Positions 28,379 to 39,099 of a stretch of 64,000 bases of DNA are shown here, in pieces. The notes beneath the pieces are model-generated. The model did no database searches. It was not told where the DNA came from and saw nothing but the letters and a program-made list of their open reading frames with translations. The translations under genes and the position numbers were made by a program. Each line of letters starts with the position of its first letter. The first letter of the stretch is position 1. Source of the stretch: Octopus vulgaris (Eukaryota); the NCBI GenBank assembly GCA_951406725.2, contig OX597842.1, forward strand, positions 28,830,001-28,894,000, written 5' to 3'.

Positions 28379-28578
28379 CGATTTTTTTAGGAGTTGATAC
28401 AACTAAACTGAAAATTGATGATGAGTCTATTGACGCTGTAAAACAAGGCTACCTGATGCTTTACGAATGGTTCAGGAATTGCGACCCAGAAACACGGACA
28501 CACGCAACATTACATGCAGCTCTTGAAGAAGCTGAATGTGTCGCTGCGATGGAATGTCTATCATTAGACGCAAAGTGA
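28379..28578 (+). CDS. Terminal Death-domain exon of MIB2-like gene
   Basis: ttgcAG|CG; AIFLGVDTTKLKIDDESIDAVKQGYLMLYEWFRNCDPETRTHATLHAALEEAEC...TGA; AATAAA at about 28801. Confidence 0.85.
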
Positions 28579-29129
28579 ATTTCTGTGTAACTGTTGTTGT
28601 TTAGCCTCAGATTAACCTTGACCAAACAGAGACTTATGATCAAACGCATTCCAGCCAGGACCATCATGCCTATTTCCAAAGAGAACCCACAACCACATTG
28701 TCCAATATGCCCTTCTGTACAGTGATATCGTGTGAATTTAGCTACTAATTCTAGCAGGTATATCACTGGTTTGGCTCCTTTGTTAAAAATTCACATTTAA
28801 AATAAAGACAAACTTTGAAATGTTCATTTATTGTTGTTGCTGTTGTATATCTAATCCCCTCCCTAAACAACCCCATTGTTATATAGACAGCTTTAATATC
28901 TTCTGCTATATTGATAGTTATCTACCTTCATTTTTATCTGAGAGTAGAATGCCTGGTATATATATATATTGATGTCTTTTCCCTTTATATATCCTATAGA
29001 CATAGTATTTCTATATAATACATGATGTATCTAAGGATATATCTCACTTTGTCCTGTTGTGGTTTAAGACAGGCCTCTCCAAAGTGGCGGTGGTTGAATA
29101 AAAATTCAGGGTGTGAGCAAGAGAAAATC

Positions 29130-29640
29130 ATTTTCTCAACCCTTCATATTAAACTAGGACTAATGAAGTAATATATCGAAGCTCTTAATGTGGAGAGTAG
29201 CTGTTTCAAATTCATATGTTTAGCATTTCCTGTGTTATGATAAAATAATGGATGGTGTTTTTTGATGGGTCACAAATCCGAAAGTTAATGAAATGCCAGA
29301 CATTCTCGTGCTCGATGACTGACGTAGAAAAAAGAGCATGGGACTCATTTGTGGCTGTTGTGAAAGGATTTGTAGCGAGTGAAAAGGTTGAAAACTACAA
29401 GGATTTGGTGGAGATATTACTTGATAGCTATCAGCTTTTAGGCGGCGATATGAGCATAAAGCTTCATTTCTTCAAAAGCCATCTCGATGAATTTCCTGCT
29501 AATCTCGGAGACGCGAGCGATGAGCATGGTGAGCATTTTCATCAAGCAATCAAGATTAAGGAGGAGAGATATCAAGGCCAATGGAACACACACACATGAT
29601 GGCAGACTAATGTTGGAGTATTTAAAGACACTATGTAGAC
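29130..29640 (+). mobile_element. DNA transposase relic (probably CMC/Chapaev-like)
   Basis: FDGSQIRKLM...EKRAWDSF...MSIKLHFFKSHLDEFPANLGDASDEHGEHFHQ...EERYQG; family assigned from motif recall only. Confidence 0.6.
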
Positions 29641-29821
29641 ATGAAACATTGGTGAGGGTCTCGCAAGGGGCAATTTGTTCCGTGAATATAATGAAGGTAT
29701 GTGTATGATGGTTTTTGGTTTAGCCATTAAAATAGGGAATTGACAGTATGTGTTTGGTAAAATTTTCTAAACTACATGAACTATACTGGAATGCAAGATA
29801 ATATGACGGATTTTGAGTATG

Positions 29822-30130
29822 AATCATCATCATCGTCTAACGTCCGTTTTCCATGCTAGCATGGGTTGGATGATTTGACCAGGTTCTGGGAAGCCAGAAG
29901 CCTGCACCAGGTTCCAGTCTGATCTGGCAATGTTTCTACAGCTGGATGCCCTTCCTAACGCCAACCACTCCGTGAGTGTAGTGGGTACTTTTTACGTGCC
30001 AGCGGGGACTGCCAAACGGCCACGATCGGTTGGTGCTTTTACGTGCTACCGGCACAGAAGCCAGTCAAGTCGGCACTGGCATCGGCCACGTTCGGATGGT
30101 GCTTTTTACGTGCCGCCGGCACAGGTGTCG
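29822..30130 (-). mobile_element. SINE family B copy
   Basis: CATCATCATCGTCTAACGTCCG...CAGCTGGATGCCCTTCCTAACGCCAACCACTC. Confidence 0.85.
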
Positions 30131-30478
30131 TAACTACAATTTCCACTTGATATTTGTTTTGATACTGATGTTAAAGTTAATGTACTTGACTCAATAGGTC
30201 TCCTCAAGCACAGCAGGTCCCTCTATGATCCAAGGTAAGCACAGCAGGACGTTCTGCAATCCAGGTACTATGAATGGGCTGGGGCTATATGGATTATTGC
30301 AGTAAAATAACCAAGGAAATATATATGGATTTAAAGACTCTCATCAAAAGTAGTAATTTTTAATTTTCATTTTACATTTCAAACAAACACTATTTTACAA
30401 ACACCATTTTACAATTTTACTTCAAATTTAAAAAAATAAAACTATCATTCGATATATTATACAATATTCACATTTTAT

Positions 30479-30567
30479 ATCTCTGAAGAGCAGAAGGGTT
30501 GTCTATAAATGCTTATCAATATAGGATTTCATTATAGGGACTACTCTTCTGCGAAACGATCGTAAGA
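30479..30567 (+). ncRNA. Type I hammerhead ribozyme motif
   Basis: tct-CTGAAGA-GCAGAAGGG...CTCTTCTGC-GAAA-CGATCG-TA-aga: intact core, stem II and palindromic minimal stem III. Confidence 0.7.
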
Positions 30568-30879
30568 CGCTTAAAAAATTAATTCAAAACTTTTAATCTT
30601 TCAAATTTATCTTTTACATTATAATTATATATTTATATTCATTTACTTATATATATTTTTAATACAATGAGGTCTTTCACACGGGTATATCTTTATGATG
30701 AGTTCAATATTGATTTCCTTATATTATTAATAATAATATATTATTAAAAAAATATATGTATATATCGCTCGTATTAAATATATAAATACTTTAATAGTAT
30801 TAATATTTTTATACAATGGAGCACTCAAGATAAATTCAGTATGTAATATTCTTATTGAATATATTTACCTAAATCCGTC

Positions 30880-31430
30880 GGATTGGCAATTAACAGCTGT
30901 ATACTGGTCAAAAGTAATGTTCTCCTTTATAAATCTTAGATTCCTGCAAATTCTAAGCCAGACTGTCTGTCTCCACAGAAAGAGGCCTTTCTGTGTAGGT
31001 GGGTACCTGCGACCCCTTCCCTCTCAGTTATCCCAGAATGCTCTATGTGGGCAGTTTCTCTATAATCCACATAATTCCTTCAGCCATTATAATTCTAACA
31101 TAGCTATTTTGTGAAATGAACAGAGGTGTGACAAGTATCTTATCATATATCAGGAAATTATACCCACCTTATTATGGATTAATCAGGGATGGATTCATCG
31201 TCTGTGGGTATAAAATATCTCCTCATATCTCCGGTAATTTACACCAACATTATGGATGGATTCACCTTTTCTATGAAGCTAGCAAACATTTTTAAAGCCT
31301 GTTATAGGACTGTGCATCATTAGAGAACTTTGGAAGTCTGCTTACAATCTAAATTTTGCTTTTTAGAACTATCTTCAATATTTCATGAGTGTAGCCTCAC
31401 CCACTAGGATGCTTGGAGAACTCATATGTG
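30880..31430 (+). mobile_element. Decayed Penelope-like element (possible GIY-YIG remnant) between two hammerheads
   Basis: YTGQ-like codons (TATACTGGTCAA, about 30900), AT-rich, flanked by hammerhead motifs typical of Penelope pseudo-LTRs; inference. Confidence 0.4.
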
Positions 31431-31521
31431 TTTCGGCTGATGAGTACGGGACACTTGTATTTGCTGCAATATTTGCAGCTTTTAATAAAGCTGGTCTTCG
31501 TATGAAACAATTGTACTGAAA
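31431..31521 (+). ncRNA. Type I hammerhead ribozyme motif
   Basis: TTTCGG-CTGATGA-GTACG...CGTAT-GAAA-CAATTG-TA-CTGAAA: stems I, II and palindromic stem III all pair. Confidence 0.75.
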
Positions 31522-31661
31522 AACTAATCCATTCTTGTTGCTTTTTTCTTGTTTATATATATATATATATATATAAATTAAAATTTAATAAGGGTAGAAA
31601 TTGACGTTAATCAATTAAAACCAGTGGCCCAGCATATTAAAAAATCTGAAGATTAAAATAT

Positions 31662-32031
31662 TTCTACATACAAAATTTAAAAGACTGACCACTAAAAGTG
31701 CACCGTCAACATGCTAGATATAGACACCAAATCGCTATTTTCCACAAAGAATATGTTCTCAAATAAAAACTCAGCACAATACCAAAGCGTTAAAAATAAG
31801 CAAGACAAATGAAAATATACGAAATAAAAATGAGTTACCCATGTACTGAATCAGTTTTGATTATTATTATCCGTAATCTCGTTAGCAAGGATAAACTGTA
31901 ATCTCGTTAGCATGTTCTGTCATTATATTTGAGAACATATTCTTTGTGGAAAATAGCGATTTGACGTCTATATCTAGCATGTTGACTGGGGTACATTTTT
32001 AGTGGTCAGCCCTTTAAATTTTGTATGTAGC
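31662..32031. repeat. ~105-bp inverted repeat pair enclosing a degenerate minus-strand hammerhead
   Basis: CTACATACAAAATTTAAA...GAATATGTTCTCAAATA vs TATTTGAGAACATATTC...TTTAAATTTTGTATGTAG. Confidence 0.8.
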
Positions 32032-32155
32032 TAATATATATATATATATATATTTAGGTAAATATATAATACCATACAGTTTTCTGGTGCATCTAAGTTA
32101 AGTACTGCATTTAAGTGAATTCAATAGAACTCACTTGAATCTTAATTGCTTTTAC

Positions 32156-32193
<38 letters not shown>

Positions 32194-32871
32194 CATACAT
32201 ACTCACACATTATATATTATATATATATATATATATATATCACCCCAATTCTCTTGTTTTCTATCACCGATCACAATCTCTGCGTACACACACACACATA
32301 CATAAACACACACACACATTTACACAAATACACACATTCACACACAAACACATTCAAACACACACATTTATATATATATATAGCAAAGCTTCTCTACTTC
32401 TCTCTCTCTCTCTCTCTCCCTTTCACTCCTTTATACATTCCTGTATAACTCCTGCCTGCTTCTCTTACTCTCTCTAATCTGATACACTCCCTCTCCCACA
32501 AAGTATATAAATCATACGTCACCTCTCTCTCCTTCTCCCCCTTTCTCTCTCACTCTCTCCCTCTTTACCACCTTATATATCCTAATATCCCTCTACCTCT
32601 TTTGTTTTCTCTCCCACGTCAGTATCTCCCTCTCTCTATGTATCAATATCTCTCTTTTCTCTCCGCCTCATATAATATCCTCTCACTATGCCTCTTGCCT
32701 CATACTCTCCTCTTTATGCTAATCATATACACCACTCCCTTGTTACTCCATCTCTACTCATTTTCTATCTTCCTCCCCCCCCTCTCTCTCTCTCTTTGCT
32801 ATCTTCATTTCTCTCAATCTCTTTCTCTCTTTCCCTTCCTATGTCTGTCTGTCTGTCTGCCTGCATGACTG

Positions 32872-32914
<43 letters not shown>

Positions 32915-33689
32915 GAATCACTTCGCTTCTCTTTCAAACTCTTTTTCATTCTTTCTCTCCTCCTTTCTTTCTCTCTCTATCCTGGCAAACGAGAAGACAA
33001 ATATATCAGATGGACTCAATGAATAGAGCCAGCATCCAGTACCTCACTCGAGAAGGGCGGCGACGATTCCCCAGCTTTGCTTAAACTCTGAAAGAGACTT
33101 AGACCGACAGACAGACATCTTGACGTCATGAAACAAGAGGATGCATATTCTGGCGCTTAGAGCCATCTTTTCCGGCACCGTTCAGTTTTGATCGTTTCCC
33201 GAGTGATTCACGCCACCGATGTCGTCGGATGATACTAAGTTCTTGACACCGAGCTACACCACGCCTCCGATGCGGGATCATGTCTTCCGCAAGAATAGAC
33301 GCAACACACCGCAGTGTGGTAGCTGTTCTCTTAAGCAAGTCTCTCCGAACAGAATCGCTGATCCTAAACAGACGATGGTTTACACCTCGTCGAATGAACG
33401 GGCGCCCGGGAGACTGATTGTTTTTTTCGTATCATCGGATGGCAGCGGTGAGCGGACCGATGCTGGATCACCGTTTGAGTGGTTCCAATGACATACGGAC
33501 ACACTCACCATAACCGTCAGGTGTCCGTTGCGGCCCACGAGACATACGGTTTTCAATGTGAGTCGGAGAAGTGGAAGTGAATCAACGACTGGAATTGCAA
33601 TCGAAAAAACACTCAGAAGACGCGACATCTGCTGATTTACTTTATTGCCAACTGAGTTAAACAGTTTTCAATTCGAAATTGTGTTTCAA

Positions 33690-33860
33690 AATGAATTCAG
33701 CAACACAAAGGGAAGAATCATTCCTATTCTAAGTGTCTGCGAATTCAAAGGAAAATTCCTATTCTACAAGAGTGATTTCCCTTCAACTGCTTGAATTCAG
33801 CAACACAAAGGGAAGTAATCATTCCTATTCCAGAAGAGCGATTTCCCTTCAACTGCTAAT
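33690..33860 (+). repeat. Short tandem duplication (~100-bp period)
   Basis: TGAATTCAGCAACACAAAGGGAAG..ATCATTCCTATTC...GATTTCCCTTCAACTGCT occurs twice. Confidence 0.8.
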
Positions 33861-34181
33861 GATTTCATAAAGCGATTAGAATCCCTTCTTGAACTATGAT
33901 AATCCCGTTTCATATACTTCCTAATTAAAAATGTAGAATTGTTAAGACTTTACATTAATTATACAAAATTGGCGCAAGCATAATTTGTGTGGCTTCTTAA
34001 TACGGCCATGGATTTACAACTAGGAGGTTGTGGGTTCAGTCCTACTGCACGGAATCATGGAAAAGTATCTTCCACTCTCGCCTTCCGTTGACCAAAGCCT
34101 TAGGAATGGATTTAGTAATCGTAGACTGAAAGAACTTCTCGAATATGTACGAATGAAAGTATGTATCTGTGTACGTGTATG

Positions 34182-34219
<38 letters not shown>

Positions 34220-34269
34220 GTATATATATATGTATATATATATGTATATATATATGTATATATATGGGT

Positions 34270-34416
34270 ATATGGTAAGTAGCTTGTTTACCAACCACAT
34301 GGTTCCGGGTTCAGTCCTACTGCGTGGCACCTTGGGTAAGTGTCTTCTATTATAGCCTCAGGCCGACCAAAGCCTTGTGAGTGAATTTGGTAGACGGAAA
34401 CTGAAAGAAGCCCGTC

Positions 34417-34451
<35 letters not shown>

Positions 34452-34628
34452 TGTGTGTGTTTATGTGTCTGTGTTTGTCCCCCTAGCATTGCTTGACAAC
34501 CGATGCTGGTGTGTTTATGTCCGTGTTACTTAGCGGTTCGGCAAAAGAGACCGATAGAATAAGTACTGGGCTTACAAAAGAAAAAGTCCCGGCCGCAGTC
34601 AAATGACTGAAACAAGTAAAAGAGTAAA
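34270..34628 (+). mobile_element. Near full-length SINE family A (tRNA-like head with GGTTC box, internal (TA)/(TG) microsatellite, LINE-like tail)
   Basis: GGTTCCGGGTTCAGTCCTACTGCGTGGCACC...GGTAGACGGAAACTGAAAGAAGCCCGTCG(TA)n...GCAGTCAAATGACTGAAACAAGTAAAAGAG; a degraded partial copy precedes it (33985-34150). Confidence 0.85.
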
Positions 34629-34776
34629 TAAATATATATATATACATATAAACATTACTTTATATAATTAGGGTTCATCAAAAAATAATTTGCTTTACCA
34701 CATACCGAGCTTTTAGAAATAGCAGCCAAAGAATTTAGCTATTGGTTATATATATATTAGTTATATATATATATAG

Positions 34777-34844
34777 CATAGTTGGAAAACTGGGAGAATG
34801 GCTTCATGACTTTCTGAAAGATAGAAGTCAGGTGGTAGTAGCCA
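34777..34844 (+). mobile_element. 5' piece of a split CR1/L2-like LINE RT copy
   Basis: Encodes IVGKLGEWLHDFLKDRSQVVVA, near-identical to the reverse complement of about 4617-4686; continues at 49413. Confidence 0.9.
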
Positions 34845-34851
34845 CCTTAAG

Positions 34852-36519
34852 TGGGGCTTGATGGTTATGACCCACGAACCTTGCAATGGGTGGGTGTTCC
34901 TACTGCTCATCCACTTGGGGTGAACTTACACTAATAACACGTCTTGATACGATTTGTCCCCACCCCACCGAGTTTCGTTGGGGGCAGAAAAGATATAGCG
35001 GTTGGGGGCACCTGCGGTGTCCTATAGGAACACCGGTGTGGGTGGTGTATAGGGGGATATACACCTGCAGTGTCCGATTGGAACATTGGCAGCGAGGTGA
35101 GAGGGTGGATGCACCATCAAGTTTGTCTGGTATGTTATGATCTGCCGGGTTTAACCCGGGAGATGGATGCACTGCCAGGATTCACCCACAGGGACACTAC
35201 CTTGTCGTGGTTTAAGAGCTTACGTCTGCGGGTGGGACGCAAGCCGTTATTGGCCTTGCGGGCGCCAACCCGTCCGCAGACTAACTAAATGTGTCCTTCC
35301 CCCATAGCGGTTCCAATTAATTGGTGGGGACCAAGCAGTGTGGAGGATTATCGTGTGCAGAGTGGGATGATACCCTGCTGGTTGGTCGTGGTTGCGCTTG
35401 TCGGCCTCCTGCTCATCCGGATCGGCCACTACCTGGCATCGGTGTGGTGTGAAGGCCCCCTATTTCTATATTAGAATTTCACGGGGCGGCGCCCACGGAC
35501 GGCCAGGGTCAGAACGGCTGGGTTCGCTCTCCGGATTGGGCTGCTGACGGGGCGAGGTAGGGATGGGGTGCTTCCATCCTGCCTCTTATCTCGCCAAAAG
35601 TTAGCGCCTCGTGAAGGTTGCTGTCCCTGCTGTCCCTGGGTGGCTCACGACATTGTCTCCTGACGCCAGATTGTTGTGGCTCACACATGTTAATGTGGGA
35701 GTGGACTCACTTTTGGCCTCACTACGGGAGCCAGTCAACTGACGGGTAAACCGTCAATAATGAGCCCTGGGTGGTTCACGACATTGTCTCCTGACGCCAG
35801 ATTGTTGTGGCTCACACATGTTAATGTGGGAGTGGACTCACTTTTGGCCTCACTACGGGAGCCAGTCAACTGACGGGTAAACCGTCAATAATGAGCCCTG
35901 GGTGGTTCACGACTTTGTCTCCTGACGCCAGATTGTTGTGGCTCACACATGTTAATGTGGGAGTAGACTCACTTTTGGCCAGCATCCAGTACCTCACTCG
36001 AGAAGGGCGGCGAGGATGCCGGGTAAACTGACGGGTAAACCATCAGTATTGAGCCCTTCGCGGACTGTTGCAGGGTATTTGGCTTGGTATGCGGATTTCG
36101 GTTGGCTAGGGAGGATGTTTGCTTACGGTCTGCAGGGTTTGACTCCTTACTCTTGTACTCTTGATTTTCTTCCTTTTACTCTTGGAAAATGCCGCGAAGT
36201 CCAATTCTTCAACTAAAAGTTAAGAAACACACGGTTGCCAGGGGCCGTATAAGATGGTGGCTTGTGGGCAAAAGAGCGGGTCTCCAAGCCAGGCCGAGCG
36301 TGTTGCCCAACCACGTTGGGCCGATATCAACGCTTCCTGCAGTTGTATAGAGCCATTTACACTGCAGGTAATACTAATGGCTCACATACCTAACTCGACC
36401 CTGATAGTTTCTATCGGATCCTGCACATAAAACCCCCTCGATGAAGTCCTCAAAATTTCTTTTTTTTTTTTTTTTTTTTTTCGAGGACCGAGAGGCTGGC
36501 GTGTAGGATGCCTCTCAAT

Positions 36520-36550
<31 letters not shown>

Positions 36551-36826
36551 AGGTGGCATGGTTTGGGGGCCGTGCCTCGATATGAGCTTAAAATTAAAAC
36601 ATAAGAAAAATTAAAATAACAACCCGGATTAGACTTTCAGCTTCTTCTGCCCATCGAAAAAGCACCCGCTTCGCTGTTAGTTTTAGATCCCCACTACTTA
36701 GGTAGATTTTTGTTTTTTTTTTGTACTTTTTTCTTTTAAGATTAACACAAGCTGGGACCTGGCTGGACAGTGTGGGACAACCCACGTTAAATAAAGGGAA
36801 GGAGACACTATTTAGTCTCACTTAGA
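34852..36826 (+). mobile_element. Non-coding ~2-kb insertion at the exact R2 site of 28S (non-autonomous R2 derivative, SIDE-like)
   Basis: Preceded by 28S CTTAAG (34846-34851) and followed immediately by TAGCCAAATGCCTCGTCATC (36827); no RT ORF. Confidence 0.75.
35634..36057 (+). repeat. Three tandem structured repeats (131, 131, 158 bp) inside the R2-site element
   Basis: Units start CCCTGGG at 35634, 35765 and 35896; internal hairpins such as TGACGG-GTAAA-CCGTCA. Confidence 0.9.
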
Positions 36827-36866
<40 letters not shown>

Positions 36867-36901
36867 CGGATCAACGAGATTCCCACTGTCCCTATCTACT
36901 G

Positions 36902-36936
<35 letters not shown>

Positions 36937-36943
36937 CGGATCG

Positions 36944-36983
<40 letters not shown>

Positions 36984-37700
36984 TTTTGTGAGGGCACACG
37001 GTAGGCGTAGCATAGGCGGTAGCATTCGCGTTGCCCCGCGCCGGGCGCTGCCGTCACCGGCGGCGCGCTGGCGTGCTGTTCGTTGTCCGCACCGTCGCGC
37101 TTCGCGTGCGGCGGTCAGTCTCGTCGGTGCGCCGTGGGCGCCGTCGGCTAAGCGCGTTCGACGTCGGGGTGTCGCGCGCGTTTGCGACGATGAAAAACCG
37201 CCACTTCCGTAGTTTCCTCGCTCACTCGATGGAGAAGGGATCGGGCCGTCGCCGAGCGGTGGTTCATTATCTGGTGCGAAGCGCGCGGTGCATGTCGAGC
37301 GCCTTTGCGGGCGCCGGCGCAGCCGATGCGCGACCCTTAGTCGAGAACAGTGTCGGTCGGGGAGTTTGACTGGGGCGGTACGTCTGTCAAACGGTAACGC
37401 AGGTGTCCCAAGGCGAGCCCAGCGTGGACGGAAACCACACGTCGAGCAAAAGGGCAAAAGCTCGCTCGATCTCGATTTTCAGTACGAATACGGACCGCGA
37501 AAGCGTGGCCCATCGATCCTTTCCAAATTACAGCGGCGAGCTATGCGTCCGCCGAGAGGTGTCAGAAAAGTTATCACAGGGATAACTGGCTTGTGGCGGC
37601 CAAGCGTTCATAGCGACGTCGCTTTTTTATCCTTCGATGTCGGCTCTTCCTATCATTGCGAAGCAGAATTCGCAAAGCGTTGGATTGTTCACCCACTAAC

Positions 37701-37747
<47 letters not shown>

Positions 37748-38390
37748 TCCTACCGATGCATCGCGCGTACGCGGCGCCCCGAGTCGCGTCGGGGTACTCG
37801 GCGTGCGGTCGAGGCGGCGGCGCGCTCGCGCGTCGTCCGTCCTGGCCGTGCCGCCGGCGTTTCTCCGGCCGACCTTAGGCGGGCGTCGGCAACGTCAACT
37901 CGGCTACGGCTATCCCGTCCAGTACGAGAGGTACCGCGGGATCAGAGCAACGGTTTGCGCGCTCGCTCGATAGAGCGGTGGTGCCAGGCTGCCTCTGAGC
38001 GATAACGGCTGAACGCCTCTAAGCCGGAACCGTAGCCGGACCCGAGTTGTTTTCCAAAAGCGTCTCAACCTCAAGGCGCATGCCTTAGCTCGGCGTTCGC
38101 CGTCCGCCCGTCGCGTTCGCCGTCCGCCCGTCGCGTTCGCCGTCCGCCCGTCGCGTTCGCGCGGCGAGCGGCAGCGTCGCCGGCGGAATTGCCATTCGGG
38201 GACGCGGCGGCGACTGCGGCGTTCGCGCCGTAGTCGTCTGCTCGTCGTCCCGCCCCGACTAGTTTGAAGAGATCGAGACGAAAGGGATCGCTTGCATACG
38301 ACCCGACTTGCCGTTCGGAGTGACGTGCTTAGTAGAGCAGCTACCACACTGCGATCTATTGAGTCTCTTCTCGCGAATGACACGATCCGC
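36827..38390 (+). rRNA. 28S: 28S rRNA, 3' portion downstream of the R2 site (orphan copy)
   Basis: TAGCCAAATGCCTCGTCATCTAATTAG, GGGATAACTGGCTTGTGGC, GAGCTGGGTTTAGACCGTCGTGAGACAGG, SRL-like AGTACGAGAGG; 3' end approximate. Confidence 0.93.
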
Positions 38391-38829
38391 CCCTTCGAGG
38401 CGGAGAAGCAGGTGCAGGAGGAGGTGCGAAAGATGGCGAAAGTGTTGCGGCTGGGAGTCGGAGTTACGAAGTGTTGCGTTGCGTTGTGTCTTGTCTTGTC
38501 TGCGGCGATCGACTCGGCGCGCGGTAGTAGTCGTCGCCGTAACCGCCTTCGTCTCGGCCGCCGAATCGAGCGCGCATCGGCTTAGCAGCGCGCGCTCCGT
38601 TGCGGGTTCGTTTAAGTGAGAAGTGGAAGAAACGGCACCTCCTGTTTAGTGCGCGCGTACACGGGGTTGTGGCGCCAGCATGCGGCATTCCGGCCGTTCG
38701 TAACCTCCTGCACCGCCGACGAGTTGTTGCTCGTCGGCATCGGGCCCGAGCCCCGGTCTCGCGCAGCGACGGACAGAGTCTGAGTAGTACGCGGCGGACA
38801 CCGCGAGTGCGGGTTGTCGAAGCGGCGAG

Positions 38830-39062
38830 TTCTCGGCATCGTCGTCCGATTGGCGAGGCGCCGCGTGAACGGATCGAAGGCGAGGAGCGTGTCCCTGTCT
38901 ACTGTCTAGCGAAAGCAGAGCCGAGGGTACGGGCTTGAAGAAGTTCTCGGTATCGAGCGCGGGTAAACGGCGGGAGTAACTTCGACTCTCTCAACGGATC
39001 GAAGGCGACGAGGATATTCCCGCTGTCCCTATTTACTACTGTCTAGCGATAGCAGAGCTGAG
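38830..39062 (+). other. Degenerate rearranged copies of the 28S R2-target region within the IGS
   Basis: AGCGCGGGTAAACGGCGGGAGTAACTTCGACTCTCT at 38956-38991 and two TGTCCCT.T.TACTGTCTAGCGA copies. Confidence 0.85.
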
Positions 39063-39099
39063 TTACGACGAAGACCACGAGTGTGTGTTATCGACGCGA

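Noticed and set aside
34290-34330. tRNA gene
   Set aside because: Only the tRNA-like head of a SINE; no complete cloverleaf.
35634-36057. CRISPR-like repeat/spacer array
   Set aside because: Units are 131-bp tandem duplicates, two of three are identical in the variable part, there are no cas genes, and the context is eukaryotic.
34852-36826. Group I intron or homing endonuclease in the LSU
   Set aside because: The insertion is at AAG(G)/TAGCC (R2 site), not after CTCTCT; it does not end in G and I saw no core P7 motifs or endonuclease ORF.
34852-36826. Autonomous R2 element
   Set aside because: Too short and has no RT, zinc-finger or RLE ORF.
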